DNA of 64,000 bases from Felis catus. Its lineage: Eukaryota. A model generated the notes under the pieces. The model did not search any database. It had not been told where the DNA came from and worked only from the letters and a program-made list of their open reading frames with translations. The stretch covers positions 115,446,001 through 115,510,000 of the forward strand of contig NC_058373.1 in assembly GCF_018350175.1 (NCBI RefSeq). Reading direction: 5' to 3'. The translations under genes and the position numbers were made by a program. Numbering within the stretch: position 1 is the first letter of the stretch; every line of letters starts with the position of its first letter. Positions 23,961-37,214 of this stretch are shown piece by piece.

Positions 23961-26323
23961 GTATGACAAAATTCTGTGCTTTCTGGCCTGGGAAAATACT
24001 CTCAGGACGTATGGTCGTGTGAGCCTTAACTCTTCTCTTGGAGCAGCATAGCAATGCCCTCAAGGCACGTAGGCCCTTTCCCTCTGCCCCTACGTGGCTA
24101 GCTCTCGGGGCCACTGGTGGAGTCATTTGACTTCCCTTCTTCCTTGTCCATCTGTTTCTTTCCTTTATTGCCACCTTTCCTAGTTAACTTCTTTCACGAT
24201 CTCATCTGGGATTTCAGGAAGGCCCTAGAACCTGGCACTGTGGGTGAAATCCAGAAGGACTCGCTTTTCCTCCCTTGCCTCTTTGTCCCGCACAGCTTCC
24301 TTCCGGGTGTTCCCGAAGGCAGCGTCTTGTGGAAACTCTGTCTCCGGGAGACAGAGCTGTCAGCAGGGACACAGGGGGGAAATGCGTTTCTTGTAAGTTT
24401 TGTCATGAAAACGACCCCGTCTCCTCCTACGTGGGAGCGTTTGCCTAACTCACCATCCATGTCGCAGGTAAGGGGTTTGCAGCCCCCTGACCCTTACCTG
24501 CCGGTGTCAGTGTCAGAGCGTTGCTCCTCTGGGCCTGCTGTGGTCCCCTTGGCTGTATTTGGGATTGCTCCTTCGTCACCAGGAAGCTCCTGCCGGGACA
24601 GCTGCTGTGACTGGGATGTGGGGTCACTGAGGCAATTGCACCTCCCGGCCGGATCCCCCACCCCCCCAAACCAGCACTCTTGGCCTGCCCAGAAACCGCG
24701 GGGTGATGTAATGACCTGAGGCCTGGAAAAATAAACAGCTCTCAGGGAAACCAGCGGTAGCCGTTGTGAGCAAATACCCCACAGCCACCTGGAACCTTGC
24801 ACATGACGTGATTGGAAGGAAGAATGAGTAATCCGCTAACGTTAGCAGCCGAGGACGGGTCTGGGCTTGTGAGCATTTAAAGTATCTATATAAAAACAAA
24901 CCCTTGATGTTTATTTCTATAACTGGCCTCCTGGATGTCTGCCCATCTATCTTCTGCAGGTGTCTTGGTCACTCACGGCCAGTAGAAGGGAGCTGGGGAC
25001 AGGGAAGGGTGGTCATCCCTATGGCTCTCTCCATAGCAACAAAGGCCTTTCTCAAGCTTTCCCTTTGCAGAGAGGAGCCATAAACACGTTTGCAGGCCCT
25101 AGAGAGCCCAGCCCCACAGTATATTATTGCCCTGTTTTCAAATTAGCTTTCCCTGTCTTGTTCCCTCATCCCCCGCATCTGCCTCAGACAGAGGGGTGCT
25201 GGGCGGAAGTATGACCAGCATCTATCTGGGACTTGCTCGAACAGCAAAGGTTTTTTTCTGTAGGTGAGTCTGTATGCTTTTTGGTGTTGATAGCAAAACC
25301 ATGCGCCCCAGCATTTTCCTTTTGGCCTCTGCTGCTGAAAACCTGAACCCAGAGGTCCTGCTGAGGTATTGTAATTGGCTCCTTCCAGTTTACTAGAAGT
25401 CAAATACCATCTCTTCCCTGTCTGAGGATCCTCATTCTGTGTTTATTTGTAAAATGGCTTTGGAAGAAGTCAGGGTACATATCTTATAAGCACACTCATG
25501 CATTAGTGTTTTGGGAGATGAAGGGTGAAGTTATGATACTTTATTTGACAAAAGCTATCTCTCCCATCACCACTCCCCACCCCACCCCCACCCCCGGCGT
25601 GGGCTCCCTCCTTCCTGTCTCGCCTGAAGTTTGATTTGCTAGCTCTTGCCCTTAAAGGACAGAGCTTGTCAGATCAAGGTCAATGAAGTTACTGAGCAAA
25701 ACTAGAAAGAAGACAGCTTGCCCCTTCTCAGTACATGTCATTGCAAAACCACTGGGAAGCATTTCACATTCTTTTTGGTGGAAGGGTCATATGAGCTTCC
25801 GGAATGGCATGAGGCAGTTGAGATGGAGCCTTTTCTAAAATTTGAAGGGATATGAGTCAGTGATGCTTTGGGGGAAAAGTTAAAAAAAAAAAAAAAGTGC
25901 CTATATGCTGTATTGGGACCATCCATCCTCGAAGAAATATCTTCCGTAGAATTTATATCTTGTTTTCCTCCACTCCTCAGTTTCTTCTGCGTGGGAAGGC
26001 AGAGGTCACTGCTTCCGACATTGGTGAGCCATGCCTGGCCATTTTGGGTTCCACAGAGAGAAATTATTTAGACAGGCTGGCTGGTTTGTAATTTTCCCTT
26101 ACACGTCCTCACCCACGACATTTCATCCCAGCAACACGCCCTATTTACAGAGCCTACTGCAAACACCCGCGTGAGTAGGTGCCCTCAGCCAGTGTCAGGC
26201 ATGTGGGACGGGCACGGTTACTTTTGTTCTGGAGACAGGGCCTCTGAGCCACAGCAGGTCAGGCCACGCAGCGTGACCCTGTGGGGGCTGAGTGGTGCAA
26301 AGGAGAACCTGAAAGCCCCAACA

Positions 26324-26408
26324 GTGCCCCTCACTTAACCCCTTCCTGCTGCTTGGGTTCACTGGGTGCCTCTCACTTAACCCCTTCCTGGTGCTTGGGT
26401 TCACTGGG
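26324..26408. repeat. 42-bp tandem duplication (2 copies, 2 mismatches)
   Basis: gtgcc(c/t)ctcacttaaccccttcctg(c/g)tgcttgggttcactgg twice. Confidence 0.93.
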
Positions 26409-26515
26409 ACATGGGAGACTGAATGTCGATCAGGCAGCTGAGCTGTGGGGACCTGCACCCGATGTTGCCTAATTACAAAATTGTGGGCCAAGAGAGCGTA
26501 TCTTTTTATTATTAC

Positions 26516-26534
26516 TTTTTAATGTTTATTTATT

Positions 26535-26586
<52 letters not shown>

Positions 26587-26735
26587 TGAATGGGGAAGGG
26601 ACTGAGAATCCGAAGCAGGCTCCAGGCTCTGAGCTGTCAGCACAGAGCCCAGTGCGGGGCTCGAACTCATGAACCGTGAGATCATGACCCGAGACAAAGT
26701 CAGCCACTTAACTGACTGAGCCACCCAGGCGCCCC
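26516..26735 (-). mobile_element. SINEC with expanded (AG)n
   Basis: aatgtttatttatttttg(ag)n...gggctcgaactc...gagccacccaggcgcccc. Confidence 0.93.
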
Positions 26736-27249
26736 ACCCCCCGCTTCATTTTAAATGACAGAAAGGAGCCCAGGCTGGTTGAGGGCCTTGTTCAGGGTCA
26801 CAGGCCCATCAACAACTGCTGTGTGCCAAGGCCTCTGCCTGGTGCTAAGGGGAAGAAATACAAGGGGTGTCTAAGGAAGGAGCCGACTGTCGAGCGATGG
26901 GGTCCCAGAGGGAGGGGGGCAGTGGTGCCCTCCACTCCAGTGGAGGGAAATGTTCCATCACTGATACTGTTTTGAGTTGCTGGGATGGCGATGATAAAAG
27001 GCAGACTGATTCTTAGTTCTATTATGATATTTTTTAGTTTGCCTACAGCCAGCGTGCCCCTTTATTGCCTGCATTGGGGAAGACTGTGCCCACTACCCAC
27101 CCTTGATCCATCCCTGAAGGCTAACTGCAGAGACTAGTTATTCACGAGGATGGGTCAGGAAGGCCAGGTTCCCTCCACATTGGCTGAGGACACTGCTCCC
27201 TTACACCAGCTAAGACCTTAGGCCATTTATCAACTGACTCTGGGACCAG

Positions 27250-27430
27250 GTGAGATGCTTGACATACACTATTTCATCACAGCCTCACAGTGACCCTGTG
27301 AGATCGCTATCGTTACCCTGTTTTCCCAGGTAAGGAAGCTGGGACTTAGAGAGCTGAAGGAAACTGCCCAAGGTCACAGAGATAACACGTGGTAGAGGCT
27401 GGTCCATCTGACCCCAGAGCCCATGCCCTT
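27250..27430 (-). mobile_element. MIR
   Basis: ctcacagtgaccctgtgag...aggtaaggaagctgggacttagagag...gcccaaggtcacagag. Confidence 0.6.
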
Positions 27431-29827
27431 GGCCACCATGCTGCACTGCATCTGTTACAGCCGTTGTTGACTCCCATGAAATGGTGACAGAGCCTTCTAT
27501 GTGCCAGGCCCTGGTGACGTGTGCAGGATGGGAGTTCTAGGCCCTTGCTCTCGCTTTCAGCCTTGCCAAGAAGCCCGGGTGTCCCCACACTGGCTCCTCT
27601 GACTGCCCTCTGTTCCCTCTGGCATTGGGGAACGGCTGTCCCGCTGAGGATTAATGCCACCGTCACTTCTAATGGGCCAGAGCTAAAGAGCATCTCTTGG
27701 CCAGTGAGTCCCTCAGAAGGGGTGCCCTCCTCCAGAGAAGGGGTCCAAAGTCCCTCTGCAGGTTAAGATTGGGTGATGATATCATTTTTACTTCCTTTGG
27801 CCGCCCACTCCATGGGGAAAATGGCCTTTAGATTAAAGAGATGGGGGCACCCATTCCAGTGGAAGAGGTGACTATTTTAAATTTGTGCCTATTTGGTTTC
27901 TGTTCTCCCCACTCCCACCTCTACTTGATACACACCTGAACACGGTTTTAGGGGTCTGACTCAATTCTGTTTGTCAGTGAGTCTGCTGCTTCTCGCCTGG
28001 GCCTCTCCTCTGGGCTCTGGTCTGTTCTCTGTTCTGACGGGAGCCCTGGGCGATAGTTCTGCGCGTCCCCCTCCCCTCCAGAGGGTGCTTAGGTCCCTGG
28101 ATGACTCAGACTCGGGAACTGGCGATGGCCACATGGCAGGTCAGTGTGGGGTGTGATGCAAGGGTCCACGGTGGAAGGGTGGAGCCAGCCCAGCACACGA
28201 TGCTTGGAAGAATGGTCCCCCGGGGGGCTGCTTGGCCCTTCCTGTGAAAAAGTGCGAAGTCTACAAGTAAGAAAAATAACTTCTTCACATAGTTGGCTTG
28301 AAACCATAGGTGCTAAAACGCTGTGTGGCCGAGTCAACAAAAAAGGGCCTGTTCCATGACGTTCCATAAATCTCTCCTGAAGAGTATGGGCTCCCCCGGC
28401 ATCGCCTCCCCCGGAGACCACATCTCTGGCCCTTCAACACCAGGAAGGTCAGTGCCTTCGGACCTGGGCCCACCTGCCCCTCCTCTCGTGTCTGCGGTCC
28501 CCTCCTCGGCAGCGCACGCGACTCCCACCCTCACACGCTGACTCAGAGAAGCCCGAGGCAGGAGCCACGCGATTTCTTCCGCCTCTGGAATTTCATGTTG
28601 TGATTGAGGAAAGGTTGTTTTTCACAGCACGGTTTGTTATTTTGGGTTATCGTTCAGCATTTCATTCATTTTTGATAAGAGGCTAGGTGGGCGTGCGGTG
28701 TTTGAAGGGGTTTCAGGATAATTGCAGGCGACACCACGCTAGTGTTTTCCTTAACGTTCTTGGCCTGGTGGGACGGTTCCTCTCGCAGCGAAGCATAAAT
28801 AAGTTCCTCTCACTTTCCAGGCGAGTAACCTCTTGCTGATTTGTTCCCCCCCAAGAAAATCCAATGCTTGATAGTCTGAGGGTTGAGTGTAGCATTTTCC
28901 AGGATGAGTCAAGGGGACAGGCATTCTCTTCTCAGCCTCTGTGGTCTCAGCCCCACCGTTTGGCATTTACTCAACAATGGGTGGCCCCGTCTCTGAAATG
29001 TCAGGCTGGAGCAGAATTCCGCGGCTGGAGAGTGCATTGCAGGGATTCCAGCAGTACGGGGGCTCCTGGACGAAATCCTCTTTACGTGTCCTTTAAATGG
29101 AGACTCCATGGCTCTGCTCCGAAGGAGGAGCTGGGGGCCGGGGGTGGGGATGAGGAAGGGGGGAGAAAGGCTGCCATTAGGCCTCGCTCTCGGGAATGTA
29201 CAGAGCTGGCAAGTCACGGCCCCAAGGGTAAGGGCTACGGGAGGCATCCTCAGTCCTAGACTCAGCACAGGGAGACTGCGCTCAAGCTTGGGGCCCTCAG
29301 GGAAAGTTCCAGGAATGGAGGAATGCCTGGGGTAAGGATAGGTTAAGATCTCAGGACTGGTTCTTCCTTCTTGCTATGTCTTCCAGAACTTTTCTGACCT
29401 CTCCATAGCGTGACATGGTGCCAGCACACAGCCAGTACGACGTTGGGAGAAATTGTGTCCACGGGGGCCCCTGACCTCCTCTGCATCCTCTCTGTGAGCC
29501 CTTATCTCGTGGGTCTCTCAGGATCCCACGTTAGGTCCGAGACTCCAGGAGCCCCGTCCTCTCCCAGGACACTGCCCTCCACTCCATCAGCTTCCCACTT
29601 CCTTTTCTCTCAGATCAGCAGCCCTCCGTCAGGATGCCCTGAGCAGCTGCCCTTAATTAGCAACTGCACCTCCCCTGGGAGGAGAGCTCCTGGTTCTTTC
29701 TCCACGAATACTGCATTGTTCATCAAGGCGCCTTCCCGGTGCACATTTCTATGGCCCATGGCCCTTCTTGGTGTGGTTTTCTGTAAGATTGGTTTTTTTT
29801 TCTTACTCTCATTTTTCATATGGACGT

Positions 29828-30422
29828 CATGATGGTTTATTTTGTAGGTGAACGTGACTAGGCCGCAGTGCCCAGTTTCTACACTAGTAGACTAGTTCCT
29901 ACACTCGTGTGGATGTTGCTGCAAAGTTATTTTTTAGATGAGGTGAACATTTGCAATCAGTTGACTTTAAGTAAAGCAGATGACCCTCCATAACATGGGT
30001 GGGCCTCATCCAATCAGTTGAAGGTCTTAAAAGCAAAAACTGAGATTTCCTGAATAAACGATTTTGCCTCCAGACTGTAGCATAGAAATCCTGCCTGAGT
30101 TTCCAGCCTCCTGGCCTGACCTATTGATTTTGGACTCAAGATTGTACCATTACTCCTACTTGAATTTCTAGCCTGCCCTGCGGATTTCACACTTGCCAGG
30201 TCCCCATGATCGTGTGAGCCAATGCTTTAAAATAAATATCTCTGCCTCTTCCGCTTTCTCTCTCTATATCTACATCTATCTATATCTATATATGGATGAA
30301 TATACACACATATATAGATAGGTGGCTCTAAATGTAGACAGATCTAGATATCCGGATACAGATATAGATGTAGATGTAGGTCTGTTCTTGGTTCCGTGAC
30401 TCTGTAGAACCCTGAATGTTAC
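29828..30422 (+). mobile_element. MLT2-family (ERVL) solo LTR
   Basis: gtaaagcagatgaccctccataacatgggtgggcctcatccaatcagttgaagg hallmark, ending ...tctgtagaaccctga. Confidence 0.8.
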
Positions 30423-31759
30423 TGACCTGCCCTAATCACTGTCTTCTTTTTGCCTCCGTCACCCCTGCTCTTTCTCCAAAGAGTCCACGATGTGACTGGC
30501 TCACGGATCCCTGCTGACTCAGGTTACCCAGTGTCTTAGCTTTGCTGTCTGTCTCTTTCTTTAGCAGCTCCTCTTCTGGAAGGCAGCAACCGGAGAGAAA
30601 GCCCAGCCCAAGGACCTGAAACTTGAATCTTCTAATGTTTATGTTTGTTGGCCATTTTTGTTTAAAAAGGAAAAAAGTAAAGAAGAAAAAAAGAAAAAAA
30701 AAATGATAAGGGAGAAAAAGTTCCCAGGACAAAAGGATAAACTCTGGGCTAAAATCAGGACTGGGGATTAGCCGAGGATTTAGGTTGTCCGCACTCTCCT
30801 TTGCTCCTCATTACCACGAGTAATTGAGAAGCACAGGGGCAGGGGCCAGCCGAAGCAGACAGAGCGGTTCTCCATGCTTATCCTGTCTTGGCTGGACACA
30901 AAGAACCCATGCCCTGGGCCTGCAGACAGAGTTTAGGTTTGTCTGGTTCAGCCTCGTCTTTCCCTCTCCTCTGCCCCTCCCTGCCACTCCCTCCCTGCTT
31001 CAGGCCTGCTTTGCTGTGGTGCGAGTATACATGGTGACAGAGAGGGCTGTGTGTTTTCTGGTGACAAGGGCCTGACCATGTCCTCATTTCTTCCACGGGA
31101 TACCGTTCTGTTGTATTTCTTCTCTCAGGCAGAGGTTTGTGAGACTCAGAGCACCCATTGCCGGGTGGGGAGTGACCTGGCTCTCATCTCTCCTCCGTAC
31201 CCTCCTGGGGTAGGATTGTAGGGGTGGGGCACGTGACTGTGTGACAATGTGTCATGTATCCGCGTGTCCCCTGGACAGCCCTGACTGCTCCTCTGTGCTG
31301 CTGATTACGCCTTGCAAGTGTTTGCCGATGGACCTGGTCCTTCTCATCACCATCAGGCCAGATCTTGTGATGTTGTCATCCTTCCCTGAGCTTCCTTAAG
31401 CAGAGACGGAATGTTCTAGAGCAGGGGGCGTTTCCTTCTGGGGAGCTCCCTCTCTGAACCGAGGGTCAAGAAGAGATCCTTGAAGTAGACCCTTTGCCTT
31501 ACATTACTGCAAGGTGACTTCTTGGTACCTGGGAAGACTGAGAGTGGTGAATTTTAAGGTTCATTTGGGAGGTAACCCAAAAGGGCAGAGGGTGCCAGTG
31601 GCCCTAAGGATGGGGCTGGTTTCTGGGTCCTCAGACACAGAATGAGTTTATGTCCCTTGGTACCTACTGATTCATATTTTCATGATTTCTGGAAAAGCAC
31701 TGACTGGAGGAATAATCAATTGATCGATCTAATAGTGATCGATCGGCTGAAGGGTGTGG

Positions 31760-32210
31760 CGTACTTCTGCACTGGGTGTTCCAGCAATAGATGCTGGAAT
31801 GTTTCTGTGCATTGGCTGGGTGGTTCCTTGACTGGCTGTGTCTGAACGCACTCCTGGACTCACCCAGCTGGAGGGTCCATGGGGCGGGAGCGGCCTCGAT
31901 GATCAAGGTCACACAGCTGGCAGTTGGTGCTGGCTGGGGACTGCGTCAGTCCTGTTTTCTTTCATATGCTTTTCATCCTCCAGTGGGCTGGACTGGCTTC
32001 CTTACATGGTAGCCTCAGGGCAGCTTCCAGGAAGGTGAAAGTGGAAACTGCAAGGCCCCTTAAGGCCTAGGCCTGGAAGTCACACACTGTCACCCCTGCC
32101 CTTTCCATTCGTCAAAGCAAATCAGAGTCAACGTGGAGGGGTCTGCAAGAGGGCGCAGATACAGAGAGGTGCAATTCACTGGAACCATTTTCTAACCATC
32201 TGCCGCACCA
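31760..32210 (-). mobile_element. MLT1-family (MaLR) solo LTR relic
   Basis: gcttccttacatggtagcctcaggg...ggcctaggcctggaagtcacacactgtcac pattern. Boundaries approximate. Confidence 0.55.
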
Positions 32211-32279
32211 AGGAAAATAAAAATATGGGTTAGAATAAAAATTAGATGAGCATGTGGCAGTGAGAGATGGTATTGAAGA

Positions 32280-32525
32280 GTGGACAGCATAGCCCGGGGG
32301 CAGGCTCCCTGGGCTGGATCCCCAGCTCTGCCATTTTCCGGTTGGATGACCTTGAGGAAACCATGCAGTCCGCCTGTGTTCCTGGGTCCTTTTCTGCTCG
32401 GTGAGGGTCATAGTGACCCCTGTCTTCAGGTTTGTGATGAGTTTGAAGTGAGTTAATACAAGTCAAGTGCCCAGTACCAAGCTTGGCACATGCTAAACAC
32501 TCAGAGTGCGAGCTCTTAGTATTCA
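32280..32525 (+). mobile_element. MIR
   Basis: gatccccagctctgccattt...gaccttga...gttaatacaagtcaagtgc...ggcacatgctaaacactcag. Confidence 0.6.
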
Positions 32526-33953
32526 TTTTGCTGTTCTGTGATGCCAGGCGAGTGGCAAATTTGGCTTTAAGTTTTCAGTTCCAGAGCAAAGTGGGCAAAA
32601 ATCCTCGGGTGCAAGATGTGCAGTGTATTTAGGCCGAGAACAATCAGAGGTTCAGAAGAGGCTGTGCTGTGTCCATGTGCAAGGATGTGATTTTACACAC
32701 TTGGTTTTAAATGCAGCAGATTTGGGGTAGTCTGCAAAGTGACTGACCCGGAAGAGGTTCACACTAAAAAGAAATGCATTTTTCTCCCAGGGTAACCGAT
32801 TAGAGGCAGTAACCTCTGTATAAAATTTCGCAAGACACAGGCTTGACTGTCAGAAGCCCTTGACCGGGGTCCCAGCTCTCTTCCCTCTGGCTGAGCGCAC
32901 TTGGGAAAATTCATGAATCCCTCCAAAGCTCAGCATCTTTGTCTACAAAATGGGCATAAAATAATGGTGCCCACCTCACACAGAAGGAGATTAAGCAAGC
33001 TGTCTTGTCACCTGGCACACATACTCAATGAATATTTGCTTTGACTGTTAGTATAAAGACGGTTTTAAGGGAGATTTTCTCTCTGTTGGAAGACAAATTC
33101 CCTGGGTACTCTTCACAGAGGGTTAGTGATTTATTATAAACCTCTCCTGTCTTTTTCCTAGAGGAGCATCTGGAATTTTCAGGGCCTGTCATAAAGTAAT
33201 AAGCAAACAAGCAATAAACCCTACATTTGGCCTTCTCTCTAATTCCACGCTAGCCCCCATTTTTCCAAATTAGCGAGCTTTATCACTTGTATGGTTTCTA
33301 TTCTCCGTACCACTCAGTGCAGCCTCTATGGGAACCGGCTGGAAACATTTCAGAACAGCCTTCAAGGGCTTCCAGAAGTCTGCCGACGGCCCCCAAACCA
33401 CGGGGTCCCACCTTCTTAGATGGCTTCTCTCCACATTTCTGCAGTTCCAGGATCCCCGACGGTGTGAAGTCAGGTTATCATTCGCTCTGCCCCCCACTCT
33501 CTTTGCACCTCTCCCTTTCCGTCTGATTTATGGCTTTAGAATGTTGGCCCGGAGGACCTTAATTTAAAGCCTCTGTCAGAGGTTGTTACACGAACGTGGT
33601 GCCAGTAAAAAAGCTGTTTTTCTTTGGTTTTTGCTTCTCTGTCGCCTTTCCCGTGGCATGAAATATGAGGTCGGGAAATAAGGTAACCAAATTGGGGTTG
33701 GGGGAGGTATTGAGAAACTCTTGTGTAATCCCTAAAAGGGGCCATGGCTCCATCCCAGCCAGGGGCCAAAGCCAAAAATCTGGGTCTTCAAGCCAGCTTT
33801 ATGTCTATGATAAACCAATCAGTTTATGTCTCTTACTTAAGCTGCCTCTGGAGGCTGTCCTGGTGGTAGTTCTAATCAGGTTTAGAATCCCTAGTCTAAA
33901 GTCTGTCAACTGTTTTAAACTTCTGTTCCTCCAGCCGAGGAGATCCTGTTTAG

Positions 33954-33956
<3 letters not shown>

Positions 33957-33996
<40 letters not shown>
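33957..33996. repeat. (TG)20 microsatellite
   Basis: Perfect dinucleotide run. Confidence 0.97.
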
Positions 33997-33999
<3 letters not shown>

Positions 34000-34441
34000 A
34001 CATTATGAAAACAGTAGTATTCTTTTTCATTCTCCAAAATCAGAGTTATAGTTTAATAATGAACGTGCTCAGCATAGCTGCCTCCTGACCCTTAGATATT
34101 TTTATGCCCCTAAGGAAACATCCCCCTCTCCCTCTCCCTGCAATGAGACTCAGTAGGCTATTGCTTTTCAGCGTTTCTCCTAGGAGTGAGACAAAGAATC
34201 TTTTCCCCGTTGTGTGACTTTTCTCGAAGACTGCTTTGGGCTGCTTCGCATCTCTGTGTCCACCTGCTTCGTTCAAGCATCTGTACTGCTCGTTTGTCGA
34301 TCGTTCACAGAGCCCTTAATTCAGAGGTTTGGCTCCTTTAGAGTTGAGTTGCTGTTATTTGGACCATTTGTGCTGTTCAGTGAGCAGCATGAATCTCCAG
34401 GTTGCTGGTACCAACTTCCTGGCTCTAAGAATGGTGTTTTT

Positions 34442-34653
34442 AAAATTTTTTTTAATGCTTATTTATTTTGAGAGACAGAGAGAGAGTGCGCATGCGCACG
34501 AGTGAGGGAGGGGCAGAGAGAGAGAATCCCAAGCAGGCTCCACGCCATCAGCGTGGAGCCCGGTGCAGGGCTTGAACCCAAGAACGGTGAGATCATGACC
34601 GGAGCAGATATCAAGAGTCAGTCGCCCAAGCGACTGAGCCACTCCGTGGCCCC
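34442..34653 (-). mobile_element. SINEC (older subfamily)
   Basis: TSD tctaagaatggt(g/a)ttttt flanking a SINEC body. Confidence 0.9.
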
Positions 34654-34787
34654 TCTAAGAATGGTATTTTTATAATACACTGTGAAACTTCATGGGTCGC
34701 TCAAGACCATTCTTGTCATCTTCAAGAGGAAAGTTATAGACTCGTGTTCGTTAAAGAGATAATAAAGTAAATAAATAGACAAGAGGA

Positions 34788-34999
34788 GGGGCGCCTGGGT
34801 AGCTCAGTCAGTTGAGTTTCCGACTTCGGCTCGGCTCGTGATCTCATGGTCCGTGAGTTCGAGCCCCGCGTCAGGCTCAGTGCTTACAGCTCAGAGCCTG
34901 GAGGCTGTTTCAGATTCTGTGTCTCCCTCTCTCTGACCCTCCCCCGTTCATGCTCTGTCTCTCTCTGTCTCAAAAATAAATAAACATTTAAAAAAAAAA
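34788..34999 (+). mobile_element. SINEC (felid type)
   Basis: ggggcgcctgggtagctcag head, CT-rich segment, A tail, TSD agacaagagga. Confidence 0.95.
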
Positions 35000-36074
35000 C
35001 AGACAAGAGGAAATAATAGTACTCGTTTATGACGTGATCTCTTTTATTGTAAAAAAAAAAACAAAACAAAACAAACAAAAAAAAAACAACCCAAACAATG
35101 AGGTAGGTGTGTGCATATGTATTTTCATGTTGTATGTGCAAAAGAAAAGGTCTAGGAAAGGTAGTGTCTACTTTTGGTGGGATCATGGGTTTTTCAAAAT
35201 TTTCTTTATACCAAGAAAGGAAACCCAGTGCTATTTATTTTTAATAATTAAAAGACAAAAGAAAACACAGCAGCAACAACACAACAGGAAAGGGAAGTCA
35301 GGTTAGGTAGACTGTTGGGTGGAATTTTCAGTCCAGGGGCCTTGTGGGGCTGAGGCCCCCCCAAGCCAGCCTTGCCTGGCGAGGGGCACCGCACACAGCC
35401 TGGGCCCGGTTCGGGGACTCCGGGTTTGGCTGTAAGGCCGCCTTCGCGTGTTGCCCGAGGCTGCTGAGCGCAGACGCTTCCTGTGGGCGTTTCTCTTTCC
35501 CGCTGGATGGGGCAGTGTTGTGTCATCAGCTCAGGCCTCTCAAGCCTTCTGTTGGAGCCTGAGAAGGAGTGGGGATGGGCCCTGTCTCTGCTCCTCTTGG
35601 GCACTAAGCATCGCTTCTCCGAGGCTGGCGGCCGGGGCGCTGTCCTGCTGTGTCTGGGCTCGGAGAGCGTCCGCACACACAGGCGTTCCTGCGTCAGCTT
35701 GTCAGCTCCCAGGGGCCAGGCCCCTGCACCTCCAGGAGCCAGGAGACAGTGCATCAGCAGGAGCCACTCTGAAAACAGTCGGGGAAATTCCACCCCCGGG
35801 GGCAAACTGCCATTCGGATGAGGAACAGCCCTGCCATCCAGGGCCGGCTTGTTGCGCGTGCGGTAGAACCTACTGGGTGTGAATGCTAATGAGCCCTGGC
35901 CGTGGAGAGGCTGCAGCCAGCCCCCGCCACCGTGGGCCGGTGTGGGAGCCACAGCTCTCCGTGGTGATTCACCAGCCATCAGTTCCTTGGGGGCCGGGCT
36001 GGATCCTTACCCCAAAAGCAGTGGTGAGAAGCCACGGGAGGGAGCGCCCCCAAAGACTGCATCTTCTCTTGCAG

Positions 36075-36267
36075 AGAAGGTCCATTCGTGTGACCAGGAG
36101 AGGCAGAGTGCCCTGGAAGAGGCCAGGCAGAATCCCCGGGAGGGCATCGTCATCCCTGAGTGCGCCCCCGGGGGCCTCTACAAGCCAGTGCAGTGCCACC
36201 AGTCCACTGGCTACTGCTGGTGTGTGCTAGTCGACACAGGGCGCCCACTGCCCGGGACCTCCACACG
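36075..36267 (+). CDS. SMOC1: SMOC1 exon 8 (193 bp), thyroglobulin type-1 domain 2: EKVHSCDQERQSALEEARQNPREGIVIPECAPGGLYKPVQCHQSTGYCWCVLVDTGRPLPGTST(R)
   Basis: tcttctcttgcag acceptor and gtaagc donor. Lies in ORF 35879..36271. CWCV motif. Confidence 0.98.
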
Positions 36268-36842
36268 GTAAGCCCGCTCTGCCCCCCGCCCCCCGCCCCC
36301 CGCCCCCGAGCCCATCCTGCCCCTAGAGGGACCCTGGGGTAGGAGACCCAGCTCCCTGTTAGGCTAGGCTCGTGTTTCCCTCCTTTACTGGCCCGGCCCG
36401 GCGGGAATCAAGGCACAAGGAGAACATTTCTGCTCCTGGGCAGATTCGGTCCTGGTAGAAAGACCTGGGTCCTGGATTCCGGTAATAATTCTGTCTCTTC
36501 TTCGCTGGGTGACCTCGGAAAAGGAGGTAACCTCTCCGAACTCCAGTTTACCCGCGAGAAGGTTATCGCCCCAAGTCCCTAGGTTCTGCGGATCCCAAAG
36601 ATCCTGCGTGCAGACCTCACGTGACTGAGGCGCCGCTCTGCTTGAGTGGTTGCCATGCCATGCCTGAACACGCCTCTGGAAACATTGGTACTGGGATTGC
36701 CGGGTGGCTGCTGGACAGCACAGGCGCCATTCTGCTGCTGGCCCCGGGAGTTCTAGGCTTAGTGACAACAGGGTGGTTGCGGCTGGCAGTGGCACCAGTT
36801 CCCAGCCCCTCCTTACCCGCCCCCGTGTCTCTCTCCTCCCAG

Positions 36843-36925
36843 CTACGTGATGCCCAGCTGTGAGAGCGACGCCAGGGCCAAGAGTGCAGAGGTGGACGAT
36901 CCCTTCAAGGACAGGGAGCTGCCAG
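36843..36925 (+). CDS. SMOC1: SMOC1 exon 9 (83 bp): RYVMPSCESDARAKSAEVDDPFKDRELP(G)
   Basis: tctctctcctcccag acceptor and gtggga donor. Phase 2-1, consistent with neighbouring exons. Confidence 0.96.
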
Positions 36926-37108
36926 GTGGGAGGAGAGGCTGCCCCTTGCTGGTCCCCTCACCTCTTTCTGTTCTTCCAATTCCCGTGGTGCAGAAGCAGC
37001 TCCCTCCTCTGGCTCTGCTTCCCCTTCTGTAGGATGGAGTGGGGGGGTGCTGGGTGGGGCATCACAGGGGCCCTGGGATCTGCCCTCAAATCTCACTTTA
37101 TCTTTCAG

Positions 37109-37214
37109 GGTGTCCAGAAGGGAAGAAAATGGAATTTATCACCAGCCTCCTGGATGCCCTCACCACCGACATGGTGCAGGCCATTAACTCAGCAGCGCCT
37201 ACTGGAGGTGGGAG
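37109..37214 (+). CDS. SMOC1: SMOC1 exon 10 (106 bp), start of the extracellular calcium-binding (EC) domain: GCPEGKKMEFITSLLDALTTDMVQAINSAAPTGGG(R)
   Basis: tttatctttcag acceptor and gtgaga donor. In frame. Confidence 0.96.

Noticed and set aside
23699..24174. Poly-Gly / poly-Pro ORFs; also the Cys-Val and His-Thr repeat ORFs elsewhere
   Set aside because: Translations of the C-rich tract and of (CA)/(TG) microsatellites.
26324..26408. Short direct repeats as a CRISPR-like array
   Set aside because: Only two adjacent copies with no spacers, in mammalian DNA with no cas genes.
35248..35979. 243-aa minus-strand ORF and overlapping ORFs near exon 8
   Set aside because: GC-rich intron with several open frames at once, Pro/Gly/Arg-biased composition and no recognisable domain.
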